This document shows, piece by piece, positions 39,201 through 50,058 of a stretch of 64,000 nt of DNA. A program made the translations under genes and the position numbers. The DNA comes from Cirrosporium novae-zelandiae. Taxonomy: Eukaryota. The notes beneath the pieces are model-generated. The model saw only the letters and a program-made list of their open reading frames with translations, was not told the origin of the DNA and searched no databases. Each line of letters starts with the position of its first letter. Within the stretch, counting starts at the first letter, position 1. The stretch lies in the NCBI GenBank assembly GCA_026023565.1, contig JAPETS010000039.1, forward strand, positions 186,001 to 250,000. The letters run 5' to 3'.

Positions 39201-39973
39201 CAACAGCACCAATCCAAAAAATGCAACAGCAGGTCTACTTACCAATGGATGACCCATTAATAATCGGAGCATTCAACGGAATCCTATCCTCCATCCAAGA
39301 ACTAAGCACCCTCGCACTAGCCACCCTACACCTCGACCTCCGCTGTGGTCTCATCCATATGCTCACACGCGCAATGACAGGCCCCTACACCCCAGCCACA
39401 GAACCACAGCAAGCCCACCCCGCCGTCCGTCAACTTGTCCGAGATCTCGTCTCCTTCGATGAAAATGTCGCCGACGGCTTATGGACCAATGACAAAGAAT
39501 TCATAACGCGAGGCCTAGCCCGTCTTGCCGATGCATTCATAATCGAGGGTATGAAATTTGTCCCTAGAATGAATAGCCTCGGTTCCGACCTTATGGACCT
39601 AAATCTCCTGGTCCTGCAGCAAAATCTCAAGAACATCGAAGCTTCATCCTCTTCCTCTTCCTTTTCAACAACCGCCGCACCGCTCCCTGTTCTCCAGCTT
39701 GATAATACTGTTTCTCTCCCACGTTCTACAGCCTATCTCTCTCTTTTCCGACTTGGGGCAACGGAACTCGTAACCCGTGCGAAAGAGAAGGGCAAGGATG
39801 GTGTGGAGGGCTTCGGGTATGAGGAGATGAAGGTGCTGGTGGAGCTAGCGTGGAATAGCTCCAGGGAAGACGATGGCTATAGTGGAGGCACGGGGAGTCG
39901 GGCTGGTAGGAGGGGTGATAGAGAGCTGGGGAATATGCTTCTAGGGTTAAGCGAGGGGTTATGGGATGCGTAG
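36229..39973 (+). CDS. SEC8: Exocyst component Sec8; first intron 36620-36804
   Basis: Motifs DCVPVQVA, AIVNEHHQGFNSSIGTF, LIEELHDHLYLKSPY, RNPEADSFYY and LWKLYQSEIRSLLHDYL. Confidence 0.95.
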
Positions 39974-40469
39974 AGTACGTAAGACGAGCTAAGGGGGAGG
40001 TTGTGTAAGATAGGCAAGGGGGTTCGGGGTAATAAATTATCTGCGGTCTCCCTTGGCAGGTTGTTTATTTTTATTGTTTTTGAAAGTAGAAATGGGAAAG
40101 GGCGAATTATGAAACTTCATATCCTTACCTATTATTACAACGTGCCGAAATAATACAGAGTAAGCCCTTTTTGTGTCATTTGAACCGTATATTGCTAACA
40201 CATACTTTTCATCTTTTAAATTTTGTAGTAGCGTAGTATACACATGTCCATTCGTCCATCTCCCTCCCTCCCATGATGGCATATGAAGTCCCTCCCCCAG
40301 GGAGGATCGAAGTTATTGTAACCCTTTCCTAGCCCGATCTCGAAACTCCTCACCACATCCTCCTATTTAAACTCAACAAGGAAACAAAAATAGACGAAAC
40401 CCATCCGAAGGATATAATGAGAGATAACTGATTGTATCAAACTTTGTCCTATCCATTTGCTCAGTCTTA

Positions 40470-42139
40470 CTACTGAGCAGTGAGCATGTTCTTCATGCCT
40501 GAGAGATCGCCCTCCTTGGCGGCGATTTCAAAGTATCCGTAGATGATTGTGACAGCTAGTAGAATACCAGTACCACTTCCCAGAGCACCAAGCAGATCAG
40601 ATGCGACAGACAATGCACCGATGCAAGCACCGCCAAAAGCAGCTGCCGTAGGAATAACTCTCTTCAATTCCTTATACATAGATTGTTCACGATGTCCAGC
40701 CATGACGAGACCCTGGTCCTTGAGTTGCTTGGCTACATCCCGAGGCGAGGAGCCGGAAATTTCGATCCAGGTCTTCGAGAACAGGGCGCATGCGACAAGC
40801 ATATAGGCCAAGTAGAGGACACTGTGAACGGGGTCGCGAAGAGCTTCGGTGAAGGAGAGTGGAGGAGACATATAGTAGACGAGACCACTGGTGGCGAAGA
40901 GTTGAGCGGAGCCTTCACGGGGTTCCCAGACACCGAAGAGTTTAACGATCAAATTGTCACCAAAGCGACTGAAGAGGAATTGGGAGATCATGAAGACTAG
41001 GTTGAAGCATTAGTAAATACCTTCATAAATCGAACATTGCAAGCTTACTGTTAGATGAAAGGGCACTCTGAAGCATAATAGGCATATTGGAGGTGTAGAA
41101 AAGTCGAACTGGGTAGCTGCCGCGGACTCCACGCTGTCTCGACGACTTAACGGGAATCTCAACTCTGAATCCCTGGAGATAGATGACAGCTGCGAAAACA
41201 GCGACAGTAGCCAAAAGGTTCATGATGTTGGGAAGATTCTCCCTGTAAAATGCTTCCTGGAGAGCGCGTTGCTTATCAGGCCAGGTGAAGAGAAGATGGA
41301 ACAATGCGATAATCTAGAAAGGGATTAGCTTTGGGTAATTCTGGGAAACATAGATTTGGTTACGAACAGCTCCTTCAAATTCAGGACCTCGTCCGGTGTT
41401 AATCGTGGTAGGGCTAAGAGCTTTCCAGACAATTGTTTCACAGATATTTGTAGCAATGAAAAGACTAATGCCGGAACCAAGACCATAGCCCTTTTGGAGA
41501 AGCTCGTCAAGAAGAATCACAATCATGCCTGCAGTAACCAATTGAACGATCAGGAGAACGACAATTCCCATTCCAAGGTCCGATGGCTGTCCGTATAATC
41601 CGGTGAAGACGAATACGCAGGCTTGTCCGAGAGAAAGGATAATGGCAAAAAGTTTTTGAGCGGTTTGATACAGTTCCCGATCAGTCTTTAAATCAAGGTT
41701 CACATCGATGAGGTGGGTTCCGGCAAGGAGCTGAAAGACCATTCCAGAAGTCACAATAGGTGTGATACCCAATTCCATAAGAGTACCTCGATTAGAGGCC
41801 ATCATCATACGGAGCCAGTAGAGAGGATCCGAGTTGTCGCTACTCACAATACCATACAATGGCATTTGCGACATAACCAAAAATATAAGCAGAGTAAGAG
41901 CCGTCCACATTACTCTTGTATTGAAGGCGACCACCTTTGTTTCCTACACACAAACAATCAGCACCTTGTTTAATTTCTAGAGAACGATTGAGGATCAGGG
42001 TGGACTAACGGGAGCTTGCACTTCGGGAATAAGAGGCACGAACGGCTTGATTAAGTCAAGAAATCGTACTACAACACAAGAGTAGTTAGCAATAGACATC
42101 TAAAAGGGCTAAATAGCAAGAGCACATACGTCCACTCAT
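40470..42139 (-). CDS. SEC61: Sec61 translocon alpha subunit, multi-exon
   Basis: Motifs [68 protein letters not shown] and [15 protein letters not shown]. Confidence 0.97.
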
Positions 42140-42762
42140 TTTGACTTCGTTGCCGCAAAGCGGACTTGAACAACCAAGGAAACCTGTATTTTGGAAAGAG
42201 TGACGAAGAGAATTAAGAAGCCCAGCTCTATTAGGGTTACTATTTGAGCCTGAGCATGAGCAGAAAGAAGTTGAAAGGTTGGAAGAAGAGGGATGGAAGA
42301 GTTGTGAAGTTATTGTCTATTTGAATTGGCAAGGTGGTGTTTTCCAAAAAGACACCTAGAAAGACACCTAATTCAGGGATCCAATCAATTATCAGCTTGG
42401 CCTTTCTCCACGTTTACACAGTCAGGTCTTACATAATATTAATAAATATGAAATCCTACGGTGACCTGGGGAATCCCCAAACGAAACCTCCCCATATTTG
42501 TCTGTAAATAGATATCTTTAATGCCACATTTATTCCGTCCCCACCCTTATTATTCTTATACGAACTTAGCTCGAGTGTGGATTAGTAGGTAACCAGAGCT
42601 TTGATCTAATCAGCTAATCATATAGATACAGTAAGTAACGATAAGATCTAACAACCAATAGCCAAATCCCAAGATCCAAAGCCGTACGTAGTGAATCCAG
42701 CACACACAGTATGCAAGGAACTTATAGATTGCCTAGCTACAAACAAGATCCTATCTGTACCT

Positions 42763-42905
42763 TATATATACCACAAACAAAACACATTCTTCCAGCCAAG
42801 TCGTAGCCAAAACATCTAACACCGGTCCTCCCATTAGCCCCGGCTTACCAAAGGCTAGGGAACTTGGCTTTTTTTGTTTCTCTGGTTGGTGGAGAGTTCG
42901 AATCC
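42763..42905 (+). ncRNA. Candidate RNA polymerase III small RNA (~42794-42875) with upstream TATA and downstream B-box; family unrecognised
   Basis: TATATATA at 42763-42770; terminal stem AGCCAAGT 42794-42801 / ACTTGGCT 42862-42869; inner stem TAGCC/GGCTA; T7 at 42869-42875; GTTCGAATCC at 42896-42905. Confidence 0.55.
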
Positions 42906-43280
42906 GGTTTAGGAATCGTTTTTTCTTCTTTATTTCATTTTGTTTTTTGGTTTCTGTTTTAGGGTCCTCTGGGATACATATAATTAGGATTGTTCTGGTT
43001 GATTAGGCTTGGCGGGTTGATTGGGGTTTATATGAAGAAGAATATATACCACGTAATCCTCTTGGATTTGTTGAGTCTTATATTTTCTCTGAGATGGTAT
43101 ACTGTATGTTATAGTGTACTATGTTCATTTGGATCTTGACTTTTATCTTTATTGGCTAGATATATTTTTCAGACATTTTTTTTTACATCTTATATTTCTT
43201 CATCTTCATCATCATTCCCAACTCGCCTACATGGTCCCTGTTCATATCCCTTACCTCAAGTCCCATGCTCAGCCTTCCTC

Positions 43281-44117
43281 TCACTCTCTTCCACCGTCCC
43301 ACTTCTTCTCTTCGTCAACGAACCTAACCTCCTTACGTGGTGGCTCCTCAAATTGCAAGCTCATAACCCAGACCTCCGTACAAACAAGCATCACTGTCGC
43401 ACAACCTCCAATGGAACTGATTCCGTATCCCTTATCCGCGCTCAGCGCCATCCACGTCGGCCAAGCACACCCTCCATTACTAATACCTTCGGAAATAGCC
43501 ACAAGAGGTAAAATAACGAAGTATTTCATGCCTTTGAGATAGGGACTAAGGATGTTGATTAGAGATGCTGCAACCATAGGTGTCGTGGCATTGACGGCGG
43601 GCCACCACATGGGGAAAGGACCAATGGTAAGAGGTTGATATCCATAATATGTATAAATGCCCATATACAGCGCCGGATATTTCAGAATCATATTCGCGAA
43701 GAATGAACTCGCCCACAGGTTCCAAATATCCTTCCCCCTCATCTTTTTCCTCCCGTTTTTATCCTTGGCTTGAAATCGAATCCAGAACCAATATCCAACC
43801 CCCCCGACATACCAACTATGTGTCATAGGTACGAACAATGGGATCGGCTGGTTCCAGAATTCAAAGATTGTCCAGTTGCCGGAGTGGGGGAAAAAGCACA
43901 TGCCGAGGACGTCGACGATGGGTTCGTAGAGAGAGGCGATCATGCCGCCGAGGGTGAAGAGTAGGCAGGTAGGGTCACGACAGATGTAGATGTTGCGGAT
44001 GGCAACGTAAATTAGATATATAAATGGTATTTGGGTTGCAACTGTGAAGACGAGCTGCTCGTTGGAGGGCATTACCATGTCCGGAGGGGGCTGGATTCGG
44101 GTGCTCGGAATAAACAT
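43281..44117 (-). CDS. Intronless multi-pass membrane protein (~278 aa), unknown function
   Basis: Single ORF with about 7-8 hydrophobic segments and two related motifs, EPIVDVLG.CFFP..PIP and KYPALYMG.Y.YYG.QP..FP.WW. Confidence 0.75.
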   Translation of the reverse strand: MFIPSTRIQPPPDMVMPSNEQLVFTVATQIPFIYLIYVAIRNIYICRDPTCLLFTLGGMIASLYEPIVDVLGMCFFPHSGNWTIFEFWNQPIPLFVPMTHSWYVGGVGYWFWIRFQAKDKNGRKKMRGKDIWNLWASSFFANMILKYPALYMGIYTYYGYQPLTIGPFPMWWPAVNATTPMVAASLINILSPYLKGMKYFVILPLVAISEGISNGGCAWPTWMALSADKGYGISSIGGCATVMLVCTEVWVMSLQFEEPPRKEVRFVDEEKKWDGGRE

Positions 44118-45338
44118 CTTGAATAGTGATACCCTTTTTTGTTCCAAGTTTTGAAATTTTCTGAATAGAGAACTTGACAGCTATATAAGAGAAAAGGGAA
44201 ACAGCGATAGCAGGAATTCAGAAAAGATGCTTAGGTGGTATTATATAATCATCATGTGAAACCACATAACCTTAGAAGAGATGATCGGAGCAGGAACAAA
44301 ATAGGGAAGTCCTGGCCTCCGCATCATTAGTAGAGAGTTCGTTCATATAAGTATGCATAAAAATGTGCCAATTTCCTTATCTGTCTGTTAGCAAAAACGA
44401 GTAGAGAAGTACAATATGTATTTCTCGTTCCCCCGGCTTTGGAGTTGAGAGGGAGAAAACGGCGCGGGAATTGAGGACGGAGGTGATTTAATTATGCATT
44501 GGTATGCAAGAATATGTATTTTTATTGATTGTGCATACTGAATTATGCGAGCTATTCGATTATCACAACCCGACGTACCCGACGGATAGATACCGAGGGC
44601 AGCTAATATTCCCAGAGGATAAATCGGAATAAAATGCTCTAGATAATCCACAATCATCTTACGTACGCCGCAGAAAGATTTTCTGCCATTTACATGTGGA
44701 TTTTCGGTAGCGGCGTTTATCTGTTACAGTATGCCAAGCCTCAGCGAAACGCCTGCGCGTAGCACATATTCTTTTATATAAAGGAGAACACTACCTAGAT
44801 TATTTGCACCTACCGAAGGGAGGGGGAGGCAGCAGTGTTAGGAAATAACCTAAACCAAATAGACGGTCTATCTATTTTGGTCTATATAAATACAAATTTT
44901 ATGGTGGTGAGAGAGGATTTTTTTTGTGGTGTTGGATTTTAGGTTTAGCCTGGGAGCTGAAAAAGGTATATAATCCAACCTTGCTTCCTGGTCCCCAAGT
45001 GCCTTATGAAGGCCCTCTATTAAACATTGAGGTCCTTGTTGAAGATTCTAGCTGGCGCGCCTATTGATTGATCAATTCTTTGGAAATCCCAATATGTATA
45101 TTTTTGAACTTTGATAACCTTGTGATATTTGAATTTATCGCTATGTGGAGTAGTAGGCTTTATGGGTAATGTATAGGTAAAGGTGTGGAAGGATAGAAAA
45201 GAAAAGAAAAGCAAAGAGAAAACTATAGCAGTGATAGGTATTTATTTTCTGTGGGTATGGAGGCTATTATTGATTTCTATTCTAGGATTTATTTGTCTCT
45301 AGGTAAACTAGAACCATCCTATCCTACCCGCGAAGGAT

Positions 45339-46246
45339 TCACCGTTGATCGAAAAGGTCTCCTAAGAGACTAACTTGGGAGTCAGAGAAAAAAAGGAAAA
45401 AACATCGGAGGATTGAGGGTGATGGCGTTGCGAGACCCTTCTTGGATGCTTTCCTATTCTCCCGTCTGCCTAACAATGGCCGCCCCTTCTTCAATATCCA
45501 ACAGCGCATCGAATTTTTCCCCATCTTTCTTTAACTCTGGTAAAATTTCGCATGCGTAAGTAGCTAGCATGGACATAAGACTAGTCTCCTCAGCGTAATA
45601 TGCGGCCTTATAGAGCAACTCGAATATCATTTCACGTTCCGTATCGTGTATTTCAAGATAGAGCGGAGATTGAAAACGACGGCTTTTTTTAAGGAGATAG
45701 ACTTCCCGGCGATAGGCGAAAAAGTATATCTAATAGAAGTCTGTAAGTTTATTTGGAGATTCGAAATCGACTGTATAAGCCCACTTCACAAAAGCCTTGA
45801 CAACCATGACATCAGATTCGGTAACTTCAGATGGGTCGAGCAAACCCCGACAATTAGCTTCAATATTCTTATAGGACGCCCAGAGCCCGGAAGACACAAG
45901 CTTCAGAAGACCTTCGTGGATGTAGAATAGTTGGTCTGAATCGTGCCCTTTCAGGATGCAAGTTTTCGTAACAATGATTTTGGATTGGCGTTGGAGAACT
46001 TCTTGAGATAAAAAAGGTGAGGACTTGCTCATCGTAGTCCACGTTTGGTTTGAAATTGCTAGTTGTTATTTCATCTTCGTTGTCCTGCAATTCGGCCATC
46101 CTGGGTGGAGAGGGGGATGAGGTGCTTTGCTTGAGTTCAGAACAGCTAGTTCTAAGCGTCGTAACAAGCGCAGGATTGATGGAAGCTGAAGATTCTTCGA
46201 GAGGCCTTTCATGGCTACGTCTGTGGGTTTTCTTAATCAACACCAT
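45339..46246 (-). pseudogene. Degenerate BTB/POZ-domain gene
   Basis: BTB-like segments FYIHEGLL..VS, ESDVMVVKAFVKWAYT and IYFFAYRREVYLLK, with a frame change near 46030, a stop at 45730 and further stops downstream. Confidence 0.55.
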
Positions 46247-47619
46247 GGTGAGGAATGGCAATTATTTGAGACTAGAAAGTGATAAACTAATATGAGGTTG
46301 GTTGATGTAAGTCTGAGGAAGGACTGTGGTGTTTTAGATTCACGCAAGATTCGGGGGGGAATGGAGTGATGGTGGACTTGTTTTCCTTTACAACACGTCC
46401 TCCCAATTCATGACACTTAGTTTACTCCAAAGAATCTATCTATTCACTTTCTCTTATCCCTTAAGTTTCGAGTTTCTGATCATATGTATCTCGATTATCA
46501 GTGCTACCAGCTTTGATAAGCCATCTCTTAACCATTGCATACCCTTGTATTTCCCTTGTTGAACCGAGTTGCAAACTTACATTAGATAAAATCATACCGG
46601 AGGGTGCAACTAACCCTTAAAGACTATATTGAATTCTTGGAGACTAGCCTTTTGTTATCAACATTCGACCTATCCTACTAATATCAGCGATTTTCCCGAA
46701 TTTATGTCCCCGGTAACCTACGCACTGTGGCGTTCGACAACAATATGAATGATTTCAGATTTGGGTGCATTTTGAGATGGACTCTTGGATACTCATAGTA
46801 TGAAATATAATCATTAGATAAGACTCAAGTCCAAACAGGGGAGATTGTGCAAGAACAGCCATTCAACACCGAAAATTCGTGCTATCCCAACACTCTTTCC
46901 TCGTAAATTTCTAGACCCAAAGAAGGAGAGCATGATCGGAATGGAATCAGATACTAGAATTCTATTATAAATATTTTTATTTGTCTAAACGAAGGTGTCA
47001 TGGCGTGTCCGATACACTTGTCTTTAGCCTTATTCAGAACTCATTATGGTGGGGTGGAATAGGGAGGACAAGAGTGTATGCGAGAAGAAAGGCTGAGGTT
47101 GATTACAAGAAGGGAAGCCCGTCTTGAAAATACAATCTACTTACATCTTAGCACTGTTTAATCTCAAAGTCGATCTCGACAATTAACTGCAGTTTTATAT
47201 TTTTAGCTATGAGAGCGTCTAACTGTACGAAGGTATAGATCCACTTAATTATCCAAATCCAGTCATGGACTTACTCCTGGATATTATATTTTGTGGGGTG
47301 GGATCGCGGAAATTTTTGAGGAGGAACTATGCGTATTGGAATCAAACCGGCTCGAGGGGGGCTTTCCGGTATCAAATATAGGCTTGAGGATATGGCAGGC
47401 TCTAGTTTTATGTGTAACCTGGTCCAAATGGTAGCATGTTAGCTCTAGTAATCCAATTCTAAATATTATAGTACACACTAGTTATATATAATTTGTAGGT
47501 TGCGGTGTTACTGATTTAATCTTCCACCGTATAAATTGGTTCATAAGAGCCGCGGGGCTACTGGAGTAAATAGATGTAACAAACTTATGGACTCTTTATG
47601 TGGGAATCGCTAGCTAAAT

Positions 47620-48153
47620 AGTGGGTGTTATGTGACCGGTTTACTACCCTCAACAGGAACCACCTCTAATCTGCATTTGGTAGTCAGGGGGGTAGAGGGT
47701 TTGAGCCAGCTGACAAGCCTAGGAAAGCAAACAAACACCAGTTGTTAGAACTCATGTATTTATGGTGACTGCGGCGTCTCTTACCAGTTGGAGCGGTCAA
47801 ATATGACCCAGTGCTGTAGTTGATGATGATGACTTCACCGTTGCTAACACCGGCTATTTGCCATTGCTCAGTGGGGTCCTTGGCTAAGCCATACTTAAAG
47901 TTCCTTTGATATTTATCAGTAGGGCTGCAGCCAAAGCTATAGTCACCTTTAGTTGTTGAATCACACACCATCTGTTAATAGGTGTTCCTGCCGCACAACT
48001 GTTTCCTAAAGGATCAATAGCAAGATTGGTCGCGGCTACATTGACAATGCTATAAACGCTAGGTCCAATGTATTCATCGTATGAAAAGTCCTCGCGGAAG
48101 GCTAAAAACACTAATACAAAGAAAGTAGGGGCAAGATGTTCAGAAAACACCAC
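47620..48153 (-). pseudogene. Degenerate small secreted ricin-B-lectin-like gene; introns 47904-47968 and 47719-47784
   Basis: The spliced reading is YIGPSVYSIVNVAATNLAID..AAGTPINRW..EQWQIA..IIINYSTGSYLT (QxW/beta-trefoil style). There is no ATG before the hydrophobic leader, and the last exon is frameshifted or stopped. Confidence 0.5.
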
Positions 48154-49282
48154 TTTCAGTCGTTCAGATTTAGAATTGGACGACACCTTGCTGTGATAGG
48201 AAACGAACGAGAGAGAAAACGACAACAGTACCAGTGACCTATTTAAGCCCCTGATGGAAAAAACAAACAGACAGAACCAGCCACAAAGACGTCCGGATTG
48301 TCTGTGTAACATTGGTCTCGGTCTGAAAACTTGTTGTAAGCCAAACTCTGTGGTATCTTCCTCTCATTCATTCAACAATCTAATAGTCTTTATTAGGATT
48401 GATGTGGACACGATGTGACATATAGAATATAGAGAACGGGAAGATTTCCTCAATCACATTACTAAATGAGTACTGTATGTTTTCCTATGAGATGAACCAT
48501 CCCAACGTCAATTGTTATTTGATTGAAAGACATTCCAAGGTCTCTATGCAATCGACAACTTACTAAGGAAATGGCGTATTCGGCCAAGTCTGCAGCGTAG
48601 GAATCACAATGCGAAATGTCTCTGTCGATAATATCACAATCTACAATAGCTGAGATGTCCACATGTGGTTTCTTGCAAGGGTTATATTGAAGTTCCGGAA
48701 TATTCCGTGCCAGGACTAGCATAAATAGCATAATTTTCATAGAATTAATTCTAAGGTCATTCTTTTTTATTAATAATGTAAAAGCTAATTGTGATCAATG
48801 GCTAGCCAGTATTGATTACGCAGAACTAAGCTAATTACTAAGCTAATTATCCGGGTACCTCACCAAATAATACCCAGGTACCCGGGTTCCCAGACTGCGG
48901 CATGGACCGAGGAAACACCGTGACACCCTTAACCCTTGCTAAGCCTTGGAAGCTTCGTCTATTCGTATATGCACCCCGCTTTAGATTAGCTGCCAAGTCA
49001 GACCGTCACACATTTCCCTCATTATTTTCCTGAATCCCAAATGAAGTGCTGTTATAAAAGTTCGTGAACTGACTATAGGGGAGGTAAAAAGGCCCATTTA
49101 CTATTAGTCCTGGAACATTTGGAAAATAGGTGTTAATACAATTTCTTCTATTCTATCAAGATTTTCTTAGTCGAGCCACTGTCAAGTATCAGCCTCTATA
49201 TTTATCAACAAGCCCTCTCATTCTCGAACGACTCACACTTGGTCAGTACCTTGGGTATGTTCGTACGGCCTTCTGTCGTACC

Positions 49283-50058
49283 TCATATCTGTTCGCCACA
49301 TGACCTTCTGATGGTTTCCACAACCCTTTTTGGTTGACTCAAGGATGCCATATGGCCGGCACTGCAACGCTCAACCGTGAAATTTCCTGCTGCAACCATC
49401 TGTTCTTGGACCGGTAAAGGAATTGTTGCATCATTCTCACACAAAAGATACGTGGTAGGGAGGTCCTTCCATGCTGCGTAGCCAACCTTTGACAAGAAAA
49501 CTGCAGCGGAATGGTGCTGTAAACGAGAAACCCACTTTCGGGTGGTGGGTTCATCGAGGTCGTTATAAAATATCTTTTCCGGAGTCTTGACATAAGCGTA
49601 GTCACCCTGCAGGCCTGTTATTTCTCATAACAATTCATCTTGAAGAATGACAAACCTACTTGGATATCGAGCCATGGCAATGGAGTCCCTCCCATAGCAT
49701 CCAATAAACAAACACCCTCTGGCAGTAAGAACGCAGATACATACACCAGTCTTACAACACCGGGCTTTTTTTCGGTTTTGCCCAATCCTTTGCAAGCATC
49801 TGAGGACGGAATACCGCCATAAGAATGCACAATGACAACTACATCCTCGCCATTGTTGATGGACTCTTCGATGGCATCCCGGATGACCTTGATATCCTTC
49901 TCAGTAGACTTTAATGGCGGCTCGGCACCGCTGGAGGGGAGGGTAAGGCTCTTGGTTGGGTAGCCGCATGCTTTCAGAGAGTCGACTACTGTCTGGAAAC
50001 AGTCAGGTCCATGCCAGGCTCCATGAACGAATACCAAGGTTGGTTTTGGGGTAGTCAT
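49283..50058 (-). CDS. Alpha/beta hydrolase (Abhydrolase_6 / methylesterase-like); intron 49607-49659
   Basis: Motifs VFVHGAWHG, nucleophile elbow VHSYGG, YLLCENDATIP and a catalytic His in SAGHM. Confidence 0.9.

Noticed and set aside
42794..42912. tRNA gene suggested by GTTCGAATCC
   Set aside because: The flanks do not form a T-stem or acceptor stem, and a T7 terminator lies upstream of the motif. Kept as a non-tRNA Pol III candidate instead.
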